From an uncultured Candidatus Peribacteria bacterium (GTDB lineage: Bacteria > Patescibacteriota > Gracilibacteria > Peribacterales > Peribacteraceae): DNA of 64,000 bases. The stretch lies in assembly GCA_964597665.1 (NCBI GenBank), contig CAZQYX010000006.1, forward strand, positions 1,575 to 65,574, written 5' to 3'. Shown here piece by piece: positions 56,118 through 64,000 of this stretch. Below the pieces are notes generated by a model, which saw only the letters and a list, made by a program, of their open reading frames with translations, was not told where the DNA came from and searched no databases. The first letter of the stretch is position 1. The number at the start of each line of letters is the position of its first letter. Position numbers and translations under genes: made by a program.

Positions 56118-59090
56118 CTATACACTCTTCTGAATCGGCGTGAAATCCAACGCAAGGATCTTATCCCATACTTTCCTGATGACCGCCGAAAGGTCTTTTT
56201 TCTGATCTTCGGTAATTTGGAAAATGCGTTGAATAGGTTCATGCTCGCCTTCCCCGATGAAATCGAGAATGTATTCTTTCGGATCAAGATGCGGCATGCC
56301 GTGCTCGAGAAGCAGTGCATAGAACACAAGCTGCCTGAAATAATCACCTTCCCTCAGAATTTCACCTTCACTCTTGGGTTTTCCCGTCTTGAAATCGATG
56401 ACTCGTACCGAAGAAGAATCGAGAGAGAGACGATCGATGCGATCGAGTTTTCCGGTGATGGGAACATCCGTCTCGGCGCGGCCGAGCCGCGACGGATCGC
56501 CAAGGTGTGTGGAGATCGGATGCTCGATATGCGCGATGATGGGCTTTATATTCTGCAGCATTTCCTCGAAGTAGCGCGGGAGCGACTCCTCTCCGATCTT
56601 TAGAAGCCTCTGTTTCTCTTGGTCTGTCAGAAGCTCTCTCTCATTCAAAAAATTCTCAAAAAACTTCATGAATGTTGCCTGTGTCACGCTGTCTCCTTTC
56701 TGCAATGAAAAAGCCCATTGCTTTAGCGCATCATGGACTGCATTGCCATACACGAGGCTGGATTGCTTCGATTGCGGAACCTGAAGAAGATCGGTTTTGA
56801 GAAAAAGCACAGGATCCTCGAGAAAATGATTGAGCGCGGTCACCGAGAGCTTGTATGTCTCTATTTTCTTCTTCAGAAAAGTCTTAAATTCTTTGTCACT
56901 ATCCTTGATTGGATCAAAAAGGAGAGTCGCTGCAGCTTCCGGATCCTTCAGTTCCCGCTCGAATTCCGGCAAACTTCCGGCCTCTGCAAAAAACGATGAC
57001 GGAGAAACCGATTGACGGATATCCCCTCTCGTCTGCTGTCTCGGACACGTAAATAGCAATTCATTGCGAGCCCTTGTCATAGCCACAAATGCGACCCTTC
57101 GTTCATCCTGATCGGCCTCAAATTTCTTCTGCTCAGACTCCCAGCCGAAGAGAAGATCCTCCGGCATCGATACGCCTGCAGGCTTGATCCTATGGTCCCA
57201 GTGCTTCTCTCTAAAGTTCGGAAGAATGACAATATCGAATTCGAGACCCTTGCTCCTGTGTGCAGTCATCAGTGCCACTCCCTCATCGGTCAGATGAGGT
57301 AATTCGTATGTCATTCGGAGATCTCCGTACTCGGGCTCCAGGTAGTAATTTAAATCGTCTGCAAAACTTCTCGCAGAAAACGATGGTTGCTCGTAGGCCC
57401 TGTACTTGATGGCATCAAAAAATGTTTGTACAGCTGCAAAATCGATAGGATCAATGGAATGAGGATTCTTCGGGAGAATGCCGGTGTGTTTCAGAATGCA
57501 TTCAAACGTCTCGACGATGGTGCAGCATGCAAGCGATTGGTGGATATGAAGAATCGTATCCCGAGCTCTCAGGAGAGCATCAAGATCATGCAAAAGGAGA
57601 GGATTTTCGGTATCCGGTCGATTGAAACGAAGGAGGTATGAATGAAGAGACTCTTTTCTATCTTTTGCCTCATAGATCAGGGCTAAATCGGTCTCTTTGC
57701 AGTGGAAGAAAGGAAGACTCATCGCATCAGCCATTTTTCCGCTATCTTCAGGGCTGCATGCAGCCTGAAAAAGTACCACTGCCTGATGTACAAGAGGATG
57801 CTGCAGGAGATCAAGCTTTCCGGAGAATTGGACAGGGATAGACCTTGCACGAAGCACGTCGTAGATGGGTCGTAGTTCCCTGTTCGTCTGGGTAAGAATT
57901 GCAATTTCCTGCGGAGAAGTACCTGCCTGCATCCTCTCCTCAATAATATCAGCGATCATCCAAGCCTCTGTGGCATCGCTAGGAGTAAGCAGCAAAGAGG
58001 GCTTTTGACACTTTGTTTTCCTCGCTGCAACAAGCTGCTTCTTGAGTCCTTCTATTTTTCCAACCAAACGCTCCGTATTGAGAGCAATCATCGTGCCTGC
58101 AGCATCAAGAATGCTCTGAGTACAGCGGTAGCTGGTCTCTAGAACAACAATAGGTGCTGATGTGAAACGTCTATGAAACTTGAGAATATTCTGGAGATTT
58201 GCACCCTGAAAACGGTAGATCGCCTGATCATCATCTCCGACCACGAAGAGATTGGGCTTATCCTCCGGAGAACGAGGAGTTGTAAGAAGTTCGATCAACT
58301 CGTACTGCGAACCATTCGTGTCTTGAAACTCATCGACGAGAATATACTGGTACCTCTCTTGGAGCCCTGAAAGAAGCCAATCGTTGTCTTTCAGAGCAGC
58401 GATGACGGTGAGGATCATATCGTCATAGTCATAGCGACCGGACGACCGAAGCATCTCCTGATACTTGAGAAACATATTCACAAGCTCTCTAAATTTTCTG
58501 CCGCGAAGAAGATTGAGCGTATGCGCCTTCGTTCCGTCACGACTTTTCTCCGCTAGCGATGCTTCGTACTCCACTACAACGCCGGAAAGCTTCTCTGGAT
58601 CAGTCTGACCCTCGCGCTTCAGCTGACTGAATCTTCCCAGAATATCCCGAATGCGCAGATACGGATGTTTCTTATTGACCAGAACGAGATCCGGAAGCAT
58701 CGAGTCGATGATCTTCTTCACGCTGCGGTAGCGTTCGATATCGCTGATCTGCTCAAGGGTAGACCAGTCGTCGAACACGAGCGGATTGCCCTGAATAATA
58801 TCATTGCTGAAACCGTGAATCGTCGAGACTGTCACTCCGTATGCATCAGGTCCGATAAGACTGCGTAGCCTCTCACGCATGGCGGTCGCACCACTCGTTG
58901 AGTAGGTGAGACAGAGAATATTGCTCGGCCTTGCATGAGTCTTCCTCAGAATATTTGCGGTACGCATGGCAAGTACCTGTGTTTTTCCCGTTCCCGGACC
59001 CGCGACGACCATCAAAGGACCCTCAACCGTGTCGACAGCCAATTTCTGCTCTGGATTCAGGCGTTCGTATTCAGCAGAGAAGGACAGCAT
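56118..59090 (-). CDS. UvrD/PcrA-family helicase fused to a C-terminal PD-(D/E)XK (RecB-like) nuclease domain
   Basis: AGPGTGKTQVLA Walker A, VDEFQDTNGSQ, VAMTRARNEL; C-terminal ...GKLDRIDRL...VRVIDFKTGKP nuclease motif; 990 aa. Confidence 0.88.
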   Translation of the reverse strand: MLSFSAEYERLNPEQKLAVDTVEGPLMVVAGPGTGKTQVLAMRTANILRKTHARPSNILCLTYSTSGATAMRERLRSLIGPDAYGVTVSTIHGFSNDIIQGNPLVFDDWSTLEQISDIERYRSVKKIIDSMLPDLVLVNKKHPYLRIRDILGRFSQLKREGQTDPEKLSGVVVEYEASLAEKSRDGTKAHTLNLLRGRKFRELVNMFLKYQEMLRSSGRYDYDDMILTVIAALKDNDWLLSGLQERYQYILVDEFQDTNGSQYELIELLTTPRSPEDKPNLFVVGDDDQAIYRFQGANLQNILKFHRRFTSAPIVVLETSYRCTQSILDAAGTMIALNTERLVGKIEGLKKQLVAARKTKCQKPSLLLTPSDATEAWMIADIIEERMQAGTSPQEIAILTQTNRELRPIYDVLRARSIPVQFSGKLDLLQHPLVHQAVVLFQAACSPEDSGKMADAMSLPFFHCKETDLALIYEAKDRKESLHSYLLRFNRPDTENPLLLHDLDALLRARDTILHIHQSLACCTIVETFECILKHTGILPKNPHSIDPIDFAAVQTFFDAIKYRAYEQPSFSARSFADDLNYYLEPEYGDLRMTYELPHLTDEGVALMTAHRSKGLEFDIVILPNFREKHWDHRIKPAGVSMPEDLLFGWESEQKKFEADQDERRVAFVAMTRARNELLFTCPRQQTRGDIRQSVSPSSFFAEAGSLPEFERELKDPEAAATLLFDPIKDSDKEFKTFLKKKIETYKLSVTALNHFLEDPVLFLKTDLLQVPQSKQSSLVYGNAVHDALKQWAFSLQKGDSVTQATFMKFFENFLNERELLTDQEKQRLLKIGEESLPRYFEEMLQNIKPIIAHIEHPISTHLGDPSRLGRAETDVPITGKLDRIDRLSLDSSSVRVIDFKTGKPKSEGEILREGDYFRQLVFYALLLEHGMPHLDPKEYILDFIGEGEHEPIQRIFQITEDQKKDLSAVIRKVWDKILALDFTPIQKSV

Positions 59091-59108
59091 GCATCTATCA
59101 TAGCAGCC

Positions 59109-59975
59109 TCAGGGCATCTGCTCGCTCATTTGAACAAGAGAAAACATCTGGAAAGCGATGATAGAGAGAAGAAGCAGCAACCAAAGAAAGAAGCTCAACT
59201 TGAATGAAAGCAGCGAGGTCACAGAAATAGGGATCATCATGATGAAGAGGAATCCAAGACTCACCAGAGAGAGGCCGATCAATGTAAAAAAAATGCCAAA
59301 CCACTTTCCCTTGGTTCGCCTCATACTTGCTTGAAGACTGTGGACGATGCTCTGCTTGCCGCCGGCTAGTATTGCAGGTGCGAGAGACAGGTGCGGAAAC
59401 ATCCAGAGACCGAGAAGCGGACCGAGGAAAGGAATCCAAACGAAGGAACGTATGAAAGAGAGGAGAAGCAAACCGATCATTCTATATGTCATGATCGGGA
59501 GAGTGCGTGCCGCGTCATACCCCGAGAATGGACCGGATGCCGCAAGTGAAAGAAAAAACACGGATGCAAGAAAAAGAATGGAGGCATTCAGCAGAAATGA
59601 GAGAAGAACCCACGGACCCACTGCCGCAATGAATACAAAAGCAATATCCTCAGGCTGTAACTGAAGATCAAGCGAGTCGGTCCGAAAACCGTACTGATGC
59701 ATACGACTAAGAAGCAGACTTCCGTCTGACTCGCTGAGTTTCGTCATGGCAGCATCAACACGGATTTGTAATTCCTCCCAAGAAATGCCTTGTTCTTCCA
59801 CTATACGATCCTGGAGGCGCTGTGCTCTCTGTCCTGTAAAAGTCGTGACAATACCTATGAGCAAAGCAAAGCATAGAACAGAAACAGAGAGATCCTTTTT
59901 TTTCTTACTGATCAGCAAGAGGCTCGAGAGAACCAGCTGACTGAATGCGATGCCTTTTTTGTGACTTTTTGCCAT
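59109..59975 (-). CDS. Hypothetical polytopic membrane protein
   Basis: 288 aa, about 6 TM; tightly packed between rpoD and the helicase gene. Confidence 0.6.
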   Translation of the reverse strand: MAKSHKKGIAFSQLVLSSLLLISKKKKDLSVSVLCFALLIGIVTTFTGQRAQRLQDRIVEEQGISWEELQIRVDAAMTKLSESDGSLLLSRMHQYGFRTDSLDLQLQPEDIAFVFIAAVGPWVLLSFLLNASILFLASVFFLSLAASGPFSGYDAARTLPIMTYRMIGLLLLSFIRSFVWIPFLGPLLGLWMFPHLSLAPAILAGGKQSIVHSLQASMRRTKGKWFGIFFTLIGLSLVSLGFLFIMMIPISVTSLLSFKLSFFLWLLLLLSIIAFQMFSLVQMSEQMP

Positions 59976-59981
59976 GCGGGG

Positions 59982-61397
59982 CTAGTCGTTCGGCGTTTCG
60001 ATCGTATACGCGCAGCGATCGCACTTGAGGAACATCGATCCGCCTTGGTGGATCTCCACGAGCGATCCTTTTCTGCACTCCGGGCACTGCTTGCCACTCA
60101 TGAACGACGGTGAAGCGAAGGGGGTCATCTTTGCTTCTGGCGAATGCTCGCGAATGGAAACAGAGCGAGGATGATCCCTCAGTTTCTGCAGAACCTTGGC
60201 TTCGATCTGACGGATGCGCTCTCTCGTGACACTGAATTCTTTCCCGACTTCCTCGAGCGTGTGACCGATGCCGTCCCTGAGGCCGAACCTCATCTCAATA
60301 ATCTTTCGCTCGCGCGGAGTGAGGTACTCCAACATCGCATGGACATTCTCTTTCCGGAGCTGTCTATTGGTCGCATCGAAGGGATTGACTGCCTCCTCAT
60401 CCTCGATGAAATCGCCTAACTTGCTGTCTTCTTCAGATCCAACCGGAGCTTCGAGTGAGATGATGTCCTGACTGATCTTCTGGATGTGACGAACCTTCTT
60501 GATGTCCATCTCCATTTCGACGGCGAGCTCTTCGACCGTCGGCTCGCGACCGAGCTCCTGTACAAGGCGCCTCTGGGTGTGCGTCAGCTTGTTGATCGTC
60601 TCGACCATGTGGACAGGAATGCGGATCGTACGTGCCTGATCGGCAATGGCTCTGGTGATCGCCTGACGAATCCACCACGTCGCATAGGTACTGAACTTGA
60701 AACCGCGTTCAGGATCGAACTTCTCGACTGCGCGAAACAGTCCGATATTCCCCTCCTGAATGAGATCGAGGAAGGAAAGACCGCGACCGATATACTTCTT
60801 GGCAATCGAGACGACGAGACGAAGGTTCGCTTCGGCAAGCTGCTGCTTCGCTCCGGCATCTCCCTTGCGAATGCGACGCGCAAGCTCCACTTCTTTCCGG
60901 CCGTCGATGAGGGGAACGCGTCCGATTTCGGAGAGGTACATGCGTACCGAGTCATTGCTGATCTCGAGCAGATCCACCTCGCGCTCTTTCTTCTTTTTCT
61001 TATCGTCTGCAGCGGCTTTCTTCGGATCGGTCGTGATACTGATACCGGCTGTGGCAACCACTTCGAGCGATGCATCATCCGTATCGGCTGCCGTCGTCGC
61101 TCCGGTTCCCGCTTCGCTATCTTGGAGCTGGGCAGCAGTCTGCGTGCTCGCTTTCCTCTGCCAAATGAGCGTGTCTTTCACGTCGATGACATCGATACCA
61201 AGCCCGACGAAGAGGCTATAGACCTCATCCAAGAGATCGATATTTTCCTCGGCATTGGGAACAGCTTTTAAGATCTCCTGATGCGTCACATAACGCTGTT
61301 CTCTGCCCTTCTTCACTAGGTGACGAATCTCCTCAGGAAACGCCTTCAATTCGTCATCAGTCGGCTGATGAATGAAACTTCGTGGGTGCGATGCCAT
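59982..61397 (-). CDS. rpoD: RNA polymerase sigma-70 factor RpoD with about 48-aa C-terminal zinc-ribbon extension
   Basis: Region 2 [16 protein letters not shown], region 4.2 [28 protein letters not shown]; then ...[37 protein letters not shown]. Confidence 0.93.
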   Translation of the reverse strand: MASHPRSFIHQPTDDELKAFPEEIRHLVKKGREQRYVTHQEILKAVPNAEENIDLLDEVYSLFVGLGIDVIDVKDTLIWQRKASTQTAAQLQDSEAGTGATTAADTDDASLEVVATAGISITTDPKKAAADDKKKKKEREVDLLEISNDSVRMYLSEIGRVPLIDGRKEVELARRIRKGDAGAKQQLAEANLRLVVSIAKKYIGRGLSFLDLIQEGNIGLFRAVEKFDPERGFKFSTYATWWIRQAITRAIADQARTIRIPVHMVETINKLTHTQRRLVQELGREPTVEELAVEMEMDIKKVRHIQKISQDIISLEAPVGSEEDSKLGDFIEDEEAVNPFDATNRQLRKENVHAMLEYLTPRERKIIEMRFGLRDGIGHTLEEVGKEFSVTRERIRQIEAKVLQKLRDHPRSVSIREHSPEAKMTPFASPSFMSGKQCPECRKGSLVEIHQGGSMFLKCDRCAYTIETPND

Positions 61398-61458
61398 AAA
61401 AGTAGAGAGAGAGTATAGGGAGAAGAAGCGAAGTGCAAGGGCTTAGAGCTGAAGGAAA

Positions 61459-61514
61459 GATCAAATTCCAGAAACCAAAAACCAATTGGAATTTGGTATT
61501 TTGATTTTGGAATT
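61459..61514. repeat. Family B composite hairpin, copy B3, between dnaG and rpoD
   Basis: GATCAAATTCCAGAAACCAAAAACCAATT GGAATTTGGTATTTTGATTTTGGAATTTT; abuts the dnaG stop codon. Confidence 0.78.
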
Positions 61515-63272
61515 TTATTTTGCCATTTGCGTCAGCTTCAGAAGTTGCTGATACTGCGTCAGAAGACGCGCTTCCTCATCCGCTCTGCCTTGAGTGCGCG
61601 CCTCCCGAAGCTCGCTGATCAGTGCAATCTGGCGACTAACCACAAGCTCTCGGTTCGCTGCCCCACACATTTTCTTTACTTCTCTCGGAGCGAGACTCTC
61701 GGACCACGACGGGAAGTTTTCTTCGCAATAAAGTGCCAGTACTTGGAGCCTTTCGCGAAGAAGAGGATCAATTGAGAGCGGAAGAAGCACCGCAAGGGCC
61801 TCGATGTCCTGTGGTGCCGCCATGACCGTAGTTCGAACGAGCTCCAGTTCCGGACTGGAAAAAGGGATCAACTCAGCGAGAATTGGACGACATGCAGGGT
61901 AGAGAAGAGCAAGGCCGATTGTGAGCTCCGCACTCGAAAACGGTGCCTCCTTCAGATCTGCCTTCACCAGAAGCCTAGGAGGAGCGGAAGATGCATGGGA
62001 GAACGTACGGAAATCCTGTGCGAATTCGCTCGAAACGATGCCAAATTCCTGCGCGGCTTTATCGAGATACGCGCGGAGTTCAACCGATGTCGGAACGGAG
62101 AGGAGGAGAGGAAACAGTATCTCAGCAATGCGATTTTTACCGCTCGGTTCGGCCTTATCTGGGAAAGTCTTGAGACGACCGATAACGGCATCGATGTAGG
62201 GAATCGCCTGCTCTTCGATAATGCATCGAAAGAGTGCTGGATCGCGCTGCACGAGTTCATCTGGGTCCTTCGCTGGAAGCGTGACGGAGAGAATTCTCAG
62301 CTGTGCCTTGGACAGAAGATCGAACGCACGACCAGCTGCTAGCTGACCCGCATTGTCCTGATCGAGACACAGCACCACCTCATCGGCGTACCTTTTGATG
62401 ATCTTGATGTGCTCTTCTGTAAGGGCTGTTCCGCTGACAGCGACAACATTGTCGATCCCTGCTTTATGCGCGGCGACTGCATCGAAATATCCTTCAACAA
62501 GAACCACCCGATGCGTTTTGCGAATGGCATCGCGCGCCTGAAAGAGCCCAAAGAGAACTGCTGATTTATTGTAGAGAACGCTCTCGGGAGAATTGACGTA
62601 CTTCGCGTCACTCTCGCCCATGGTCCTGCCGCCGAAACCGATGAGAAGCCCCTGACTATCGCTGATCGGAAACTGGATGCGGTGACGGAACCGATCGTAG
62701 ATTCTCTGCTCCGTGAGTTCCTTCTGTACCCCGAGGCCGCAGGCAATGATCTCGGCCCTCGAGAAACCTGCCTTCAGAAGATGCTCATATGTCTCCGAGA
62801 AAGAATCCGGTGCGTAGCCGATGCCGAAAATCTTGAGCAGTTCTGCAGTCACTCCTCTCTTGAGGACATAGTCTCTCGCAACAGGAGTTGACTGGAGCTT
62901 CTCTGCGTAATACTTCTGTGCCGCTTCGAGACACTCGCGAAGCCTCTGCTTCTCGTCCTTTGTGACGCTTGGCTTCTCTGCACGCTGTCCTTCCTTCGGT
63001 AGAACGACACCCGCTTTCTCCGCAAGCATTTTCAGTGCCGCGGGAAAATCGATCCCTTCGATCTTTTGAACAAAGCTGAAGATGTCGCCTCCGCTCTGAC
63101 AGGCGAAGCAGTACGCAATCCCCTTATCGGGTGACACCAGAAGACTCGGCTTGCTGTCATTATGAAACGGACAGAGGGCAACGAAGCTCCTGCCCTTGCG
63201 CTTCAGCTGACAGTACTGAGACACCAGCTGATCGATCGGGAGCCGGAGTTTGATCTCGTCTTTGGCGTCCAT
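61515..63272 (-). CDS. dnaG: DNA primase
   Basis: CPFHNDSKPSLLVSPDKGIAYCFACQSGGD zinc finger, TOPRIM VLVEGYFD ... LCLDQDNAG. Confidence 0.93.
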   Translation of the reverse strand: MDAKDEIKLRLPIDQLVSQYCQLKRKGRSFVALCPFHNDSKPSLLVSPDKGIAYCFACQSGGDIFSFVQKIEGIDFPAALKMLAEKAGVVLPKEGQRAEKPSVTKDEKQRLRECLEAAQKYYAEKLQSTPVARDYVLKRGVTAELLKIFGIGYAPDSFSETYEHLLKAGFSRAEIIACGLGVQKELTEQRIYDRFRHRIQFPISDSQGLLIGFGGRTMGESDAKYVNSPESVLYNKSAVLFGLFQARDAIRKTHRVVLVEGYFDAVAAHKAGIDNVVAVSGTALTEEHIKIIKRYADEVVLCLDQDNAGQLAAGRAFDLLSKAQLRILSVTLPAKDPDELVQRDPALFRCIIEEQAIPYIDAVIGRLKTFPDKAEPSGKNRIAEILFPLLLSVPTSVELRAYLDKAAQEFGIVSSEFAQDFRTFSHASSAPPRLLVKADLKEAPFSSAELTIGLALLYPACRPILAELIPFSSPELELVRTTVMAAPQDIEALAVLLPLSIDPLLRERLQVLALYCEENFPSWSESLAPREVKKMCGAANRELVVSRQIALISELREARTQGRADEEARLLTQYQQLLKLTQMAK

Positions 63273-63471
63273 GGAGAGGAAGTATACCTCAAGAAATATG
63301 AGCGCAGCAGCGATTCGACAATCGCTGCGGTGTTTGTGAAAGAACGGTTCTCGATACGCTCTTCTGCGGCTCGGGCTACTGGAACTGACACAAAGAAATA
63401 GGGCGTGTCGAGAAGCAATTCGGTCCGCAGGACTTGATTTTTTCTATACATTCTTTTTAAATACTCTACCT

Positions 63472-64000
63472 TTGAACCATGCCCGATCATCAAACGGCGA
63501 AGCGAGACCGGAATCATTGACGAGATTGCGTGCGAAATTCGCATCCATCGTCGAAAGCCAAAGCGATTTACAGTGCGCGGAGGTCTTTGATCGTGCCGAT
63601 ACAATCGCAAAAAAATTATTCACGGAAATCGAAGGCAGACGAGCGAGTCTCTACGACATATTCAATGAAGCGCATGATATGGGGTCAAACAGAGAAGCAT
63701 GGAGAAAAAAGAATGAGACAGATCTGAAGCTTCTTGTTCACCTTGACCACTTGATGCTTGGGGAAAATTTGCAAACCATGTACATGAATATACTGAATCA
63801 TTTCGCGCGCTATAAACATGTCTTTCTTGAAGGATCGGAAAGAAATTTGGAAGTGTTCGCATCGTCGGTTGTGACGATGATGCTGGAAATGATGCAGTCA
63901 ATTGAAAGCAGTCAGGGAAATACAGTGAAAGTGGTTGATCCTTCCATTCAAATACAATTGCCACCGCTCCTGCAAAATTTTGACGGTCACTTGTCGATTC
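63472..64000 (+). CDS. 5' part of a hypothetical CDS running out of the window (not in the supplied ORF track)
   Basis: Frame open from after TGA 63337-39 to the window end. Possible TTG starts at 63472, 63517 or 63526. Translation ...FDRADTIAKKLFTEIEGRRASLYDIFNEAHDMGSNREAWRKKNETDLKLLVHLDHLMLGENLQTMYMNILNHFARYKHVFLEG... looks protein-like, unlike the minus-strand ORFs here. Confidence 0.45.
   Translation, partial: MNHARSSNGEARPESLTRLRAKFASIVESQSDLQCAEVFDRADTIAKKLFTEIEGRRASLYDIFNEAHDMGSNREAWRKKNETDLKLLVHLDHLMLGENLQTMYMNILNHFARYKHVFLEGSERNLEVFASSVVTMMLEMMQSIESSQGNTVKVVDPSIQIQLPPLLQNFDGHLSI

Noticed and set aside
63203-63964. Minus-strand ORFs 63203-63610 and 63662-63964
   Set aside because: The first overlaps the dnaG start and both have non-protein-like composition. 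The + strand frame is more convincing.

Overview
This is a gene-dense 64-kb chromosomal segment of about 50% GC with genes on both strands. The standard genetic code applies, since TGA ends groES and mnmA at their expected lengths. I support about 55 protein-coding genes and 5 tRNAs: Pro-CGG, Leu-CAG, Leu-TAA, His-GTG and Tyr-GTA, all with encoded CCA. I found no rRNA, CRISPR array, integrase, transposase or phage genes.

Most genes are housekeeping: bcp, msrB, groES/groEL, tmk, folD, mgtE, typA, purF, purD, prfA, mnmA, hisS, gyrB, csrA, greA, holA, a MacB-type ABC efflux operon, ftsK, rdgB, a UvrD-type helicase-nuclease, rpoD and dnaG. Several features together suggest a small-genome Patescibacteria/CPR-like (possibly Peregrinibacteria-like) bacterium. 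These are DUF5671/DUF5674-type proteins, a sortase, a VirB2-like two-TM pilin, an O-antigen-ligase+TPR fusion, a short MgtE, many lipoproteins and few Shine-Dalgarno sequences. That placement is an inference, not a database result.

The most unusual signal is non-coding. Twelve loci carry long composite hairpins whose arms are built from degenerate short tandem units. They fall into three sequence families: GGTAGGT/ACCTACC, CCAAAT/ATTTGG and GTAGTAAGAAG/CTTCTTACTAC. They fill intergenic spacers almost exactly, often ending 1-12 nt from the next start codon. Two further GC-rich long hairpins covary with each other, and a cloverleaf-like element fills the folD/mgtE spacer.

The notable coding features are:
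- a secreted 24-cysteine protein with two tandem C-x6-C-x5-CC-x3-C-x6-C (knottin-like) modules;
- a dockerin-only protein next to a cohesin-like/FN3 protein and a third surface protein, the last two sharing an N-x-[DE]-T-G sorting-signal-like C-terminus;
- a sigma-70 with a C-terminal zinc-ribbon extension;
- a Memo-like/CapA-like fusion lipoprotein.

All family assignments come from motif recognition by eye and none was checked against a database.
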